Made by a program: the position numbers and the translations under genes
Notes under the pieces: model-generated
What the model was told of the DNA's origin: nothing
The model's input: the letters and a program-made list of their open reading frames with translations, nothing else
Databases searched by the model: none
DNA from: an uncultured archaeon
GTDB taxonomy: Archaea; Thermoproteota; Nitrososphaeria; Nitrososphaerales; Gagatemarchaeaceae
DNA: 64,000 nucleotides
NCBI GenBank assembly: GCA_963799775.1
Contig: CAWCYD010000002.1
Coordinates: 128,001 to 192,000, forward strand
Direction: 5' to 3'
In this document: positions 1 through 9,668 of the stretch, piece by piece
Layout: each line of letters starts with the position of its first letter
Position numbering within the stretch: position 1 is the stretch's first letter

Positions 1-120
1 AGCTCTTTCAGTACGTGTTACACGGTAATGCAGTGGAATGCAAGGCTATGCACGACAAAGACTTATATTAGAAAACGCATGAGATGAACACGAGCGAACA
101 AAGAGCAGGTTGTTTGAAAA

Positions 121-450
121 ATGGGGATGCAATCGAGGAGAGAAGCGCATTCCGACGGACGTGAGAGCTTACCATCGCTCCAAAACGGCCGCCAGCGGTC
201 ATACATGCCGAACCGAGACGTCGTAAAGTCGATCAGAAATTCCTTGGACATAAATGTCCAACAGACTCTAGGAGACCTCTATCGCGGGAACAAGAATTAC
301 GCGTGGACGGATTTCTTGATGGCGGTCAACTACATGATATCAGAGGGATACCTGGAAGGCAAGGGCGACGGTTTCGTAGTCCATTACTCCCTGACCACAA
401 AGGGCAAGAATGAACTGAAGGACGGTCATGTCTCAAGCGGTTCGGTCTGA
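121..450 (+). CDS. small winged-helix-like protein (paralog of 16170..16478)
   Basis: QTLGDLYRGNK...FLMAVNYMISEGYLEGKGDGFVVHYSLTTKGK: helix-helix-wing ending in Y-x-LT-x-KG, as in PadR/MarR-like wHTH; alternative start at 205. Confidence 0.6.
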   Translation: MGMQSRREAHSDGRESLPSLQNGRQRSYMPNRDVVKSIRNSLDINVQQTLGDLYRGNKNYAWTDFLMAVNYMISEGYLEGKGDGFVVHYSLTTKGKNELKDGHVSSGSV

Positions 451-494
451 GATTTCGTCCGAGTAGAAAGCGCGAAAATTCCAAGGGCTGATAA

Positions 495-652
495 TGGCGC
501 CGGGGGTAGGACATTCGCCCGCCTCGAAGAGGCACCTTTCGGCGTTCATCTCTTGGGCGGGATTCGAACCCACGAGACCCGGAAGGGTCACAGGCTCTCA
601 AGGCCCGCGCATTATTGTGGATCTAAAAGATTGGCCACTCTGCTACCCCGGC
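495..652 (-). tRNA. tRNA-Ser(TGA) with two non-canonical BHB introns (D-loop 615..632, T-loop 59/60 at 512..562), CCA encoded
   Basis: Spliced: GCCGGGG TA GCA GAGTGGCC^TAA TGC G CGGGC CT TGA GA GCCTG, long variable arm GACCC-TTCC-GGGTC, GTGGG TTCGAA^T CCTAC CCCCGGC G CCA; both junctions form bulge-helix-bulge motifs (GTGG/CCAC; TTCG/CGAA). Confidence 0.93.
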
Positions 653-828
653 GTAGCGTCGGGGTCGTCTTCTCGACATTTATGCATTGAACTCTTTGCC
701 TGACGACCCACGCAACCTGTCTGCGGAATCGCCGCATGTTCACTATTTTTGACACTAGACTCTAGACAGAGAAATCTACCCGTAAATCTGCTGGTTCTGC
801 TTTTAGCGTTCGTCGTGTTCCGACTCAC

Positions 829-1008
829 ATGCAAGAGGTAGTCGAGCTCAAGTTCACGGTCTCGAGGATTGAGAGCGTGGCGAGGAATGAGAACGTCCTG
901 GGCTTGGTGTTTTACCAGATGTTGCTCACAAAGAACTCGCTGAGTGTGGTGACCGACCGCCTCCTCGTCTCCGATGAAGCCGTGAGAGTCTTGGACATCC
1001 GTCGTTAG
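829..1008 (+). CDS. hypothetical small protein (59 aa, MQEVVELKFTVSRIES...)
   Basis: Open frame just under the ORF-track cutoff; no motif recognised. Confidence 0.25.
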   Translation: MQEVVELKFTVSRIESVARNENVLGLVFYQMLLTKNSLSVVTDRLLVSDEAVRVLDIRR

Positions 1009-1064
1009 AGAATCCTACCAAGAGCTCGCCAACGATTATTACTGGCTTTCGCAGGCTCCGCCTT

Positions 1065-1964
1065 ATGAGTGGTTCGCACGTGCGCAAGGTGGCGGTGCTG
1101 GGCGCCGGACTGATGGGTCATGGCATCGCGCAAGTCTGCGCTCAGACCGCGGGTTACGAGGTCAACCTCTTGGACGTCAAACAGGACTTCGTGGACAGGG
1201 GCATGTCGATGATCCGAGACAGCCTATCAAGGTTCGTCGCCAAAGGAACCTTTGACAAGAGCAAGGCGGACGAGGTCATCTCGCGGATTCACCCGACCCT
1301 CGATCTAAGGGAGGCGGTCGCCGGCACGCAGCTTGTCATCGAGGCAGCTTCCGAGGACCCGAAGCTCAAGACGGACCTCTATCGCAGGGTCTCGGAGCAT
1401 CTACCGTCCGACTCTATCCTCGCCTCGAACACCTCGTCGATCAGCATCACGCTCCTCGGGTCTGCGACGAGGAGCCCCGAGCGCGTCGTCGGGATGCACT
1501 TCTTCAATCCGCCTCAGCTCATGCCTCTCATCGAGGTGATACGCGGCGCCAAGACCTCAGACGCCACTGTCGAGACGGTCAGGCAGGCGGCGAGGCAGAT
1601 GGGCAAGGACACGGTCCTCTGCAAGAAGGACTCTCCCGGTTTCATCGTCAATCGCGTTCTGGTCCCGGCGCTCACAGAGGCGACTCTCCTCCTCGAGGAG
1701 GGGGTCGCGGACAAGGAGGACATCGACAAGGCGATAACGATGGGCCTGAACTGGCCCATGGGCCCGCTCAAGCTCCTCGACTACGTCGGGCTCGACACGG
1801 CGATGCACATCTCGGAGGTCATGACCGACGGCTTCAAGGACCGAAAGTACGCCCCTTCGCCGCTCGTCAAGAAGATGGTGAGCCAGGGACTGCTGGGAAG
1901 GAAGTCTGGAAAGGGCTTCTACGAGTGGCCCTCGTCGTCCTCCACGAGAAGCAAGTCAGGATAG
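1065..1964 (+). CDS. hbd: 3-hydroxyacyl-CoA (3-hydroxybutyryl-CoA) dehydrogenase
   Basis: GAGLMGHG Rossmann motif, LASNTSSISIT, GMHFFNP, PGFIVNR, PMGP, GRKSGKGFY. Confidence 0.93.
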   Translation: MSGSHVRKVAVLGAGLMGHGIAQVCAQTAGYEVNLLDVKQDFVDRGMSMIRDSLSRFVAKGTFDKSKADEVISRIHPTLDLREAVAGTQLVIEAASEDPKLKTDLYRRVSEHLPSDSILASNTSSISITLLGSATRSPERVVGMHFFNPPQLMPLIEVIRGAKTSDATVETVRQAARQMGKDTVLCKKDSPGFIVNRVLVPALTEATLLLEEGVADKEDIDKAITMGLNWPMGPLKLLDYVGLDTAMHISEVMTDGFKDRKYAPSPLVKKMVSQGLLGRKSGKGFYEWPSSSSTRSKSG

Positions 1965-1987
1965 TCGCTGGGATGGCTTTCCTCTGG

Positions 1988-2392
1988 CTACGGGGACAGC
2001 TTCTTCCTGATGTCTTCGGGCAGCTCCTTCGCTCTTCCATCCTCCCCTATCAGGACGTGCACGGTGTGGCCTGTGCACAATAGCTCGTTCTCTGGGAGCT
2101 TGGTGGCCTCGTAGTCGATCCTCACGCTCGACCTGCCGATCTTGCTCGCCCACGCCCTCACCGCTATCTCGTCGTCATAGCGCGCCGAGGCCTTGTAGTC
2201 CGCGTGGGCCTGGACGACGGGCGTGTGGAAGCCCCTCTTCCTCGAGATGACGGTGTAGGGCAGTCCGATAGAGCGGAACAACTCTGTCCTCGCGACCTCG
2301 AACCAGACAAAGTACTCCGCGTAGTATACGACCTGCATCGCGTCTGTCTCGGCGAACCGTACCCTGAGCTTCGTCGTGTGCTCGACCGGCAT
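1988..2392 (-). CDS. acyl-CoA thioesterase (YbgC/4HBT hotdog fold)
   Basis: VRFAETDAMQVVYYAEYFVWFEVAR motif. Confidence 0.88.
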   Translation of the reverse strand: MPVEHTTKLRVRFAETDAMQVVYYAEYFVWFEVARTELFRSIGLPYTVISRKRGFHTPVVQAHADYKASARYDDEIAVRAWASKIGRSSVRIDYEATKLPENELLCTGHTVHVLIGEDGRAKELPEDIRKKLSP

Positions 2393-2447
2393 GGGAGTGC
2401 GGCCACGGGCCTATCCTTTTTACGTTCTCGCTGGCCTGCGGCCGTTG

Positions 2448-3227
2448 TTGGACAGCTATCGGACTATCTCCGTGACCATGGAAGGGCCAATCGCGATCAT
2501 AACGCTGAACAGGCCCGAGGCCCTGAACGCTCTCAACTCTGTCATGGTCCGGGAGCTCGTCGACTCGTTGGGGAGGCTCGATGTCGACGAGAAGGTCAGG
2601 TGTGTAGTGCTGACAGGGAGCGAGAAGGCGTTCTGCGCCGGAGCCGACGTAAAGGAGATGGCTACAAAATCATCGGCGGAGATGGCAAGCGCCGACCACC
2701 TCCGTGGGGTCTGGGAGAAGGCGGCCAATCTGCAGAAGCCTCTCATCGCAGCGCTCAGCGGCTACGCCCTGGGTGGCGGGCTTGAGCTCGCGATGTGCTG
2801 TGACATCATCCTTGCTTCCGAAGGGACGAAGCTCGGTCAGCCGGAGATAAACATCGGGATAATCCCGGGAGGAGGGGGGACGCAGCGCCTCGCCCGAGCG
2901 GTCGGGAAGTACAAGGCGACGGAGATGATCATGACAGGCGCGATGGTCACTGCGGACGAGGCGAAGGCCCTGGGGTTGGTCAACCGGGTCGTCCCGCCAG
3001 GCAAGCACCTCGAGGAGGCTGTCAAGATTGCCTCGGATATCGCGACGAAGGCGCCGCTCGCCGTGCGTGCCGCGAAGAGGGCCATCGCCGCCTCGCAGGA
3101 GAAAGGCCTCTCCCAGGGGCTCGAGCTGGAGCGGACCCTCTTCTACGAGCTCTTCGGGACAGAGGACAAGAAGGAAGGGATGGCTGCCTTCCTGGAGAAG
3201 AGGAAGCCCAACTTCAAGGGCGAGTGA
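2448..3227 (+). CDS. enoyl-CoA hydratase (crotonase)
   Basis: LNRPEALNAL, FCAGADV, ALGGGLELA, GQPEINIGIIPGGGGTQRL; TTG start inferred. Confidence 0.92.
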   Translation: MDSYRTISVTMEGPIAIITLNRPEALNALNSVMVRELVDSLGRLDVDEKVRCVVLTGSEKAFCAGADVKEMATKSSAEMASADHLRGVWEKAANLQKPLIAALSGYALGGGLELAMCCDIILASEGTKLGQPEINIGIIPGGGGTQRLARAVGKYKATEMIMTGAMVTADEAKALGLVNRVVPPGKHLEEAVKIASDIATKAPLAVRAAKRAIAASQEKGLSQGLELERTLFYELFGTEDKKEGMAAFLEKRKPNFKGE

Positions 3228-3231
3228 CCCC

Positions 3232-3660
3232 TCACGGGATGGCGAGGACGGGGACCGTCGAGTTCTCTATCACGTTCCTTGCCACGTTCCCGATCGCCTT
3301 TAGGCGGCTCAGCCCATGGAAACCGTGGACTCCCACGACCACGTAATCGAGACTCCTAGACTTCTCGGTCTTGAGGATGACGTCCTGAGGATCGCCGACA
3401 CCGCATATCCCCTCGTAGTGGACGCCGGCGTCGCGGATCTTCTTCACGAGACCATCGACGGTCCTATGGTATTGGTCGAGGTAGTAGTGGTCGGGGATCG
3501 CGTCTCCATGGGTATCCAGGAAACGGGTCGGGACCGACTTGTCCTTTATCACGTAGAGCAGGACGATCTTCGCGGACAAGGCCGCGGCGAGCTCGATCGA
3601 GGCGTCGACTATCTTCACGGCGTGGGGATGCTCGTCCACGGCGACAAGGATCTGCTTCAT
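3232..3660 (-). CDS. universal stress protein (UspA family)
   Basis: ILVAVD, GDPQDVI, VVVGVHG, IGNVARNVIENSTVPVLAIP. Confidence 0.88.
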   Translation of the reverse strand: MKQILVAVDEHPHAVKIVDASIELAAALSAKIVLLYVIKDKSVPTRFLDTHGDAIPDHYYLDQYHRTVDGLVKKIRDAGVHYEGICGVGDPQDVILKTEKSRSLDYVVVGVHGFHGLSRLKAIGNVARNVIENSTVPVLAIP

Positions 3661-3792
3661 CGCCTGTCACCAGAGTGCCGATTATTTAGAACTTGAGAAG
3701 TGGCGGCGCCCTCGCGGCAACGCTTATCTCGACAACACATCGTGCCGGCCGCAACCGTTTTGGTCCTCTACAAGCGCGCGAACCGGCAATAC

Positions 3793-4232
3793 GTGGCGAT
3801 GACCCGTACCGAGGTCTGGCGCTTCCTAAAGTCCCAACGAAGGGTCTACCTGGGCTTCACCATGGACGACGGCTATCCTCACGTCACCCCGATCTGGTTC
3901 GCGGTCATCGGCGAGAGGATCTACATGCGCGCACAGGATTACAAGGTGAAGGTCGGGCTCGCGTCCAAGGGCAAGTCGTGCATCGTGATCGATGACGGCG
4001 ACAAGTATCGCGAGCTGCGCGGCGTCGTGATGTGGGGCAGGCCCGGATCGTCAAGGAGCGAGGGCTGATCGCCAGGATAACCGCTGACATGGACGCGAAG
4101 TACGCGGAGCGCCAGTGGAAGGCGGAGGAGATGCCAAGAGGATGGGTCAAGGAAATACCCTCCGAGAGGAGGGCCTTCATCGAGTTCACGCCGGAGAAGG
4201 TGGACTCGTGGGACAACCGCAAGGTCAGGTGA
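3793..4232 (+). CDS. pyridoxamine 5'-phosphate oxidase-like (PPOX/FDOR) protein, indel near 4040
   Basis: DGYPHVTPIWF, YRELRGVVMWG + QARIV...FTPEKVDSWDNRK in two frames. Confidence 0.8.
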
Positions 4233-4244
4233 CGCGGTCCGTGG

Positions 4245-4814
4245 CTAGGGTCTCCAGACCTCGTCCTTGACGCCGTCCAAGAGATTCGCGTAGCGAGCCA
4301 GATTGAAGAGGTAGGTCGAGAGCCTGTTGAGGTAGGGCACGAGCTCCGGGTTTATCTTCTCAGAACGGGCCAGGGTCACCACCCTCCTCTCCGCCCTCCT
4401 GCACAAGGACCGCGCGACGTGAAGGGTCGCTGAGAGGCGGCTCCCGCCCGGGAGTATGAAGCTGGTCAGCTTGGGGAGCTTCCCTTGGAGCTCGTCGACC
4501 ATCTTCTCAAGGTCCACGGTGTCCTTGCTCTGGATCCGGGGGACGCTCCTCCCCTTTTGCCCGAGCTCCGTGGCGAGGTCGGCCCCGGCGGTGAAGAGGC
4601 TGGCCTGGACCTTCTTCAGCGGTCTGGCGATTTCAGCGTGTTTGCACTCTGCGACAGCCAGGCCGATGCAGCTGTTGAGCTCGTCGATCGTCCCGTACGC
4701 GTCCACCCTCGGAGAGTCTTTCGGGACGCGCGAGGTCCCCGTAGAGGCTCGTCTCGCCTTTGTCTCCTCCTCTTGTATACAAGGGCGTTTTCTTGTTTTC
4801 ATTATCTTAATCAA
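4245..4814 (-). CDS. pduO: ATP:cob(I)alamin adenosyltransferase (PduO type), N-terminal indel
   Basis: RVPKDSPRVDAYGTIDELNS, FILPGG, LHVARSLCRRAER, YLNRLS; the YTRRGDKGET motif lies in a shifted frame. Confidence 0.92.
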   Translation of the reverse strand: MIKIMKTRKRPCIQEEETKARRASTGTSRVPKDSPRVDAYGTIDELNSCIGLAVAECKHAEIARPLKKVQASLFTAGADLATELGQKGRSVPRIQSKDTVDLEKMVDELQGKLPKLTSFILPGGSRLSATLHVARSLCRRAERRVVTLARSEKINPELVPYLNRLSTYLFNLARYANLLDGVKDEVWRP

Positions 4815-4896
4815 GTAATTTAGGCTTGGGGTCTTGATGTTTTTGCCACCGAAGGGATATATGCTAATCTTTCAGAGACATCTGCGACGAGGGATT

Positions 4897-5328
4897 TAGA
4901 CGAAATCTGGATCATCTAGAGACGAACCTGCTCATCTCTTCACCCCACAGGAGGCGATGAGAGTTCTCCCCGACATCAAACTGAAACTGAAGGCGATTAT
5001 GGAAAGGAAGAGGCTCGCCGACTGGCTCTGAGGGATGAGATCGAGCGCTTCAGCCTTGTCGGGTTCGATTCCCCAGAGGCCCGGATCAAGACAGACCAGC
5101 TCGATGCGACTGTCAATGACCTCATGGCGAGGATACAAGAGATCGATGAACCTCGGCGTAAAGCTCAGGGACATCGACACAGGCCTCCTCGACTTCCCAG
5201 CGAAGAGGTTCGGAGAGGTCGTCTACCTCTGCTGGAAATACGGCGAGTCCAACGTCGAGTTCTGGCACACGCAGAGCGAGGGTTTTGCGAGCAGAAAGCA
5301 GCTCAACGTCCAGATAGTCTCGCCGTAG
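4897..5328 (+). CDS. DUF2203 family protein (indels; start uncertain)
   Basis: FTPQEAMRVLP...LGVKLRDIDTGLLDFPA...VYLCWKYGE...WH...GFASRK. Confidence 0.8.
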
Positions 5329-5387
5329 AACCCTCTTCTCCCGCTAAGGTTTACTAGTGGCTCACCGAGCCCGGCCAAGCGATAGTC

Positions 5388-5857
5388 TTGCCTGCAAGCG
5401 ATGTCGAGGTCGGCCATCTCGCCCCGGACTTTACCCTCCCTTCCTCGAGCGGGAACAGCGTCAGCCTGAGCGGCCTCAGGGGCAAGAACGTCGTGCTTTA
5501 CTTCTACCCAAAGGACGACACGCCCGGGTGCACGAAGGAAGCCTGCACCTTCAGGGACAACCTCCCAAAGTTCGGGGCGGTCGACGCGGTAATCCTCGGG
5601 GTGAGCAAGGACTCCATGGACTCCCACGCCGATTTCATAAAGAAGTACGGCCTGAACTTCACCCTGCTGAGCGACGATGAACCTCGAGGTCAACAAACTC
5701 TACGGTGACCTGGGTGGAGAAGGAGAACTACGGCAGGAAATACTGGGGGACCGAGAGGTCGACGTTCGTGATTGGTAAGGATGGCAAGGTCAAGAAGATC
5801 TTCCGCAAGGTGAAGGTAGACGGTCACGAGCGGGAAGTCCTCGAAGCGCTCGCGTGA
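5388..5857 (+). CDS. bcp: thioredoxin-dependent peroxiredoxin Bcp (indel near 5680-5710)
   Basis: APDFTL, VLYFYPKDDTPGCTKEAC; C-terminal ERSTFVIGKDGKV in another frame. Confidence 0.9.
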
Positions 5858-5883
5858 AATGATGCAGTCGAGGTTTCAGTGAG

Positions 5884-6576
5884 TTGGCCTCTGGGCTTGC
5901 CGGGGGCAAGGCCGGCATCCTCGGGGGGATCTTCTTCGCGGCTGCCGTAGGGCTGGTCAACTGGGCGGTCTTGGAGGCCTTCAGGAGCGAGGCCTTGCAG
6001 GCCCTGTCGACCTACTCCTTCTGCTCCGGGGCAACAGGCCCGCAGGACTGCTTCTCGACGCTCCTGACGACCGACATCCCATCGCTTGTCATGTTTCCCA
6101 TCGCCGTCTCGGGGATCTTGTTCGGCGCCATCTACGGGTTGTACTTCGAGTTCATCCCGGGGCAGGGTTACAGGATCCGGGCCGTGGGGATCGGCCTGCT
6201 GATGCTCATCGTGATGCTCTTCTTCGGGCTCGCGGGCATCACCGTAGACCAGACCACCAAGACGATAATGGACGGCTTTGACAGCCTGGCGATGCTGGTC
6301 TACGCGCTCATCATCGCCCATTACTACAGGAAGTACACGAGGGAGGTCCAGTTCGAGAGCCCCAACCCCGAGAGGCTCAAGATAATGGTTGACGGGAAGA
6401 ACCTCACGGACAAGAAGAAGACGCTCTCCGTCCACTCGTCGCACACGGTGAGAGCACCGAGCGAGAGCGGCGCGTTCCACCAGTGGCTCGTCAGCGGGGG
6501 CGTCTCTGTCCTCGACTCGAAGAGCTTCGAGACCACGATGAGGGTGGACGGCGACGGCCTGCTGAAGATCTCCTGA
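5884..6576 (+). CDS. multi-pass membrane protein with C-terminal beta domain
   Basis: About 4 hydrophobic segments; C-terminus FHQWLVSGGVSVLDSKSFETT resembles divergent InlB-B-repeat-like domains. Confidence 0.6.
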   Translation: MASGLAGGKAGILGGIFFAAAVGLVNWAVLEAFRSEALQALSTYSFCSGATGPQDCFSTLLTTDIPSLVMFPIAVSGILFGAIYGLYFEFIPGQGYRIRAVGIGLLMLIVMLFFGLAGITVDQTTKTIMDGFDSLAMLVYALIIAHYYRKYTREVQFESPNPERLKIMVDGKNLTDKKKTLSVHSSHTVRAPSESGAFHQWLVSGGVSVLDSKSFETTMRVDGDGLLKIS

Positions 6577-6639
6577 GGCCCGAACACGGATTCCAAAGGT
6601 TAATCTGAGCAAGGGCGAACGGTCCCTCCGTAACGACCG

Positions 6640-8000
6640 ATGGTCCGCGACAAGAAGGTAGCCGACTACATACACGACAACCAGAGCAGGTTCGTGAAGG
6701 ACATCATCCGCCTCGCCTCGCAGCCGAGCGTCTCTGCCAGGAAGGAGGGGATAGTGGAGTGCGCCGCCATCGTAAGGTCGATGATCGAGGAGATAGGTGG
6801 GACCGCGCGGTCCTGGAGCTCCCAGGAGCCGCCCCCTTGGTCTACGGGGAGGTCAAGTCGACAAAGTCGAGCAAGACCATCCTCTTCTACAACCACTACG
6901 ACGTCCAGCCGGAGTCACCCTCGAGCTCTGGAAGTCTCCGCCCTTCAAGCCGGAGATAAGGGACGGGCGGCTCTACGGGCGCGGCGTCTCGGACGACAAG
7001 GGGGAGCTCGTCTCGAGGCTGAAGCTAGTCGAGTCTTACATCAAGGAGAACGGGGAGCCTCCTTGCAACGTCAAGTTATGTTTCGAAGGCGAGGAGGAAG
7101 TCGGGAGCGGGCACCTGGAGGAGTACGTCGACAAGAACCCCGACCTTTTCAAGTCGGACGGGGTCATCTGGGAGTACGGGAAGATAGGCGGGGACGGGAG
7201 GCCCGTCGTGGGCCTCGGGGTCAAGGGCATGATCTACCTCGACCTCACGGTGAGGTCTCTCTCGCAAGACGCGCACAGCATGTACGCCGCCGCCCTCCCG
7301 AGCGCCGTCTGGAGGCTGGTCCGTCTGCTCGGCATCATCAAGGACCCGAACGAGCGGATCCTCATCCCGGGCTGGTACGACAAGGTCCATGACCTGTCCG
7401 AGGAGGAGCTGAAGCTCCTCGAGGAGCAGCCCTCCGAGGCCCAGGAGCTCCTCAAGACCTACGGCAGCAAGGAGTTCGTGGGGGGCATGCCCCTCTCGCA
7501 GGCGAAGAAGGCGCTCGTCGCGCGTCCGACCGCGAATGTCGCCGGGATATGGGCCGGATACACCGGCCCGGGCAGCAAGACAGTCCTCCCCGCGGAGGCC
7601 CACTGCAAGATGGACTTCCGCCTCGTCCCGAACCAGGACCCGCACGAGCTCTACTCGAAGCTGGTCGCGTACCTGGCAGCGAACGGGTTCGGGGACGTCG
7701 AGATTGCCGCCGAGACGATGGAGCCGGCCGCGAGGACCAGCTACAAGAGCGACCTGGCGCAGGCCGCCATCAAGGGCGCGAAGGAGGTCTTCGGGAATGA
7801 ACCCGACCATCGAGATCTCGAGCGCCGGGACAGGTCCGCTCTACATCTTCACGAGGAGATACGGCGTCGCGGGGCTCGACATCGGAATCTCACCGGTCGA
7901 CGCGGCTCTCCACTCGCCGAACGAGAACATCCGGTTGGACTTCCTCGAGAAGGGGATGCTCTGGCTAGGCCAGACCGTGGAAAACTTTCTCGGAATCTAG
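6640..8000 (+). CDS. M20/M25/M40 metallopeptidase (ArgE/DapE-like), several indels
   Basis: YNHYDVQP, LYGRGVSDDKG, EGEEEVGS, HS, HSPNENI. Confidence 0.9.
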
Positions 8001-8078
8001 GCCCGCGGGGCGGCTCCGGCCGGAGGCGCAAAGGGTAAGCTTAATTCGGTAATCCAGAGTCCCGTTGGAGTCATATAG

Positions 8079-9293
8079 ATGATAGTCGGCGTCCCGAAAG
8101 AGACGGGGGCCCTAGAAAGGCGCGTCTCCGTGGTCCCGGAGAGCGTCTCCAAGTTCGGCGCTGGGGTCAGCGTGCTCGTCGAGAAGGGCGCCGGCGAGAA
8201 CGCGGGCTTCCCAGACTCCGACTACACCAGCGCCGGAGCCACGATAGCGAACGACGCCAAGTCCCTCTTCTCGCAAGCCGACATCGTCCTGAAGGTGACC
8301 CCCTTCACCCTGGACGAGGCCTCCCTCGTCAAGGAGGGTGCGGTCACGATCTCGTTTCTCTCCCCTCTAGCGAACCTGGAGGCGGTGAAGAGGCTGGCCT
8401 CCCGCAAGGCCACAACCTTCGCGATGGAGCTGATCCCGCGCATAAGCAGGGCCCAGCCGATGGACGCGCTCTCATCCCAAGCCAACGTGGCGGGCTACAA
8501 GGCGGTCATCCTCGCCGCTGACACCGTCCCCAAACTTTTCCCGCTCATGATGACAGCGGCAGGAACCATCTCACCGGCGAGGGTCTTCATCCTTGGGGCG
8601 GGAGTGGCTGGCCTGCAGGCGATTGCAACTGCCAAGAGGCTGGGCGCGGTCGTGGAAGCCTACGACGTCAGGCCGGTCGTCAAGGAGCAGGTCATGAGCC
8701 TCGGCGCGAAGTTCGCCGAGATGCCGGTCGAGGCCAAGGACGCCCAGGACGCCGGCGGGTACGCAAAGGCGATGGGAGAGGAGTTCACCAAGAAGCAGCA
8801 GGAATTCCTGGCGGGACGCGCGAAGCTCATGGATGTCGTGATAACGACCGCGCTCATCCCCAATCAAAGGGCGCCCATCCTCATCACGGAGGAGGCCGTG
8901 AAGGGAATGCGCCCGGGCTCAGTGGTCGTGGACCTGGCGGCCGAGGCCAAGGGTAACTGCGCCATCACCGAGCCCGGCAAGACGGTCGTAAAGTACGGCG
9001 TCACGATACTCGGGCCTCTCAATCTGCCATCGACGATGGCACCCGAGTCGAGCAGGCTGTACTCTAAGAACATCTCATCGCTGCTCCAGATAATGCTGAA
9101 AGACGGAAAGCTGGCGATCGATCCCAAGGACGATGTGATCAAGGGTTCGATGGTGATCAACGCGGGGCAGATCGTGCACGGCCCTACCATGAAGGCCATC
9201 GACCCGAACGCCGTCCCTCCGGCGCCGCCACCTGCCGCCTCTTCTGCACCGCCCGCTCCTCCTGCTCAACCGGGACCCGGAGGCAAGAAGTAG
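8079..9293 (+). CDS. pntA: NAD(P) transhydrogenase subunit alpha part 1
   Basis: GVPKE...ERRV, PRISRAQPMDALSSQAN, GAGVAGLQAI, DAGGYAK, VITTALIP, VVDLAAE. Confidence 0.95.
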   Translation: MIVGVPKETGALERRVSVVPESVSKFGAGVSVLVEKGAGENAGFPDSDYTSAGATIANDAKSLFSQADIVLKVTPFTLDEASLVKEGAVTISFLSPLANLEAVKRLASRKATTFAMELIPRISRAQPMDALSSQANVAGYKAVILAADTVPKLFPLMMTAAGTISPARVFILGAGVAGLQAIATAKRLGAVVEAYDVRPVVKEQVMSLGAKFAEMPVEAKDAQDAGGYAKAMGEEFTKKQQEFLAGRAKLMDVVITTALIPNQRAPILITEEAVKGMRPGSVVVDLAAEAKGNCAITEPGKTVVKYGVTILGPLNLPSTMAPESSRLYSKNISSLLQIMLKDGKLAIDPKDDVIKGSMVINAGQIVHGPTMKAIDPNAVPPAPPPAASSAPPAPPAQPGPGGKK

Positions 9294-9296
9294 AAG

Positions 9297-9668
9297 ATGC
9301 TCCTCGAGCTCGCCGCAAACGCCACCGCGACCGTACCCGCGGCCATCTCCTACACCTCTCAGGACCTGGTCACGAACCTCCTCGTGTTCATCATGGCGAC
9401 CTTCCTCGGCGTCGAGCTCATCCGGCACGTAACCAGGCTGCTCCACACCCCGCTGATGGCCCTCACCAACGCGATCTCCTCCGTCTCGATGATCGCGGCG
9501 CTGATCGTGATGAGCGAGACCACGAACCAGACGCTCCTCATCCTCGCCACGGTCGGCGTCGCGCTCGCATCGACCAACATCATCAGCGGCTTCATACTCG
9601 TGGAGCGCATAGTCCGGCTCTTCAAAGGCAGGCCGAAGGTGAAGCCGAAGGAGAACCCCTCGAAATGA
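9297..9668 (+). CDS. pntA: NAD(P) transhydrogenase subunit alpha part 2 (membrane)
   Basis: LLHTPLMALTNAISS, NIISGF. Confidence 0.92.
   Translation: MLLELAANATATVPAAISYTSQDLVTNLLVFIMATFLGVELIRHVTRLLHTPLMALTNAISSVSMIAALIVMSETTNQTLLILATVGVALASTNIISGFILVERIVRLFKGRPKVKPKENPSK

Noticed and set aside
1-494. Integrated element at the tRNA-Ser 3' end
   Set aside because: Lower GC is suggestive, but no att duplicate or integrase is visible before the window edge, so it cannot be supported.
5059-5075. GGGTTCGATTCCC tRNA T-arm-like motif
   Set aside because: Inside the DUF2203 coding sequence; no acceptor or anticodon arms.
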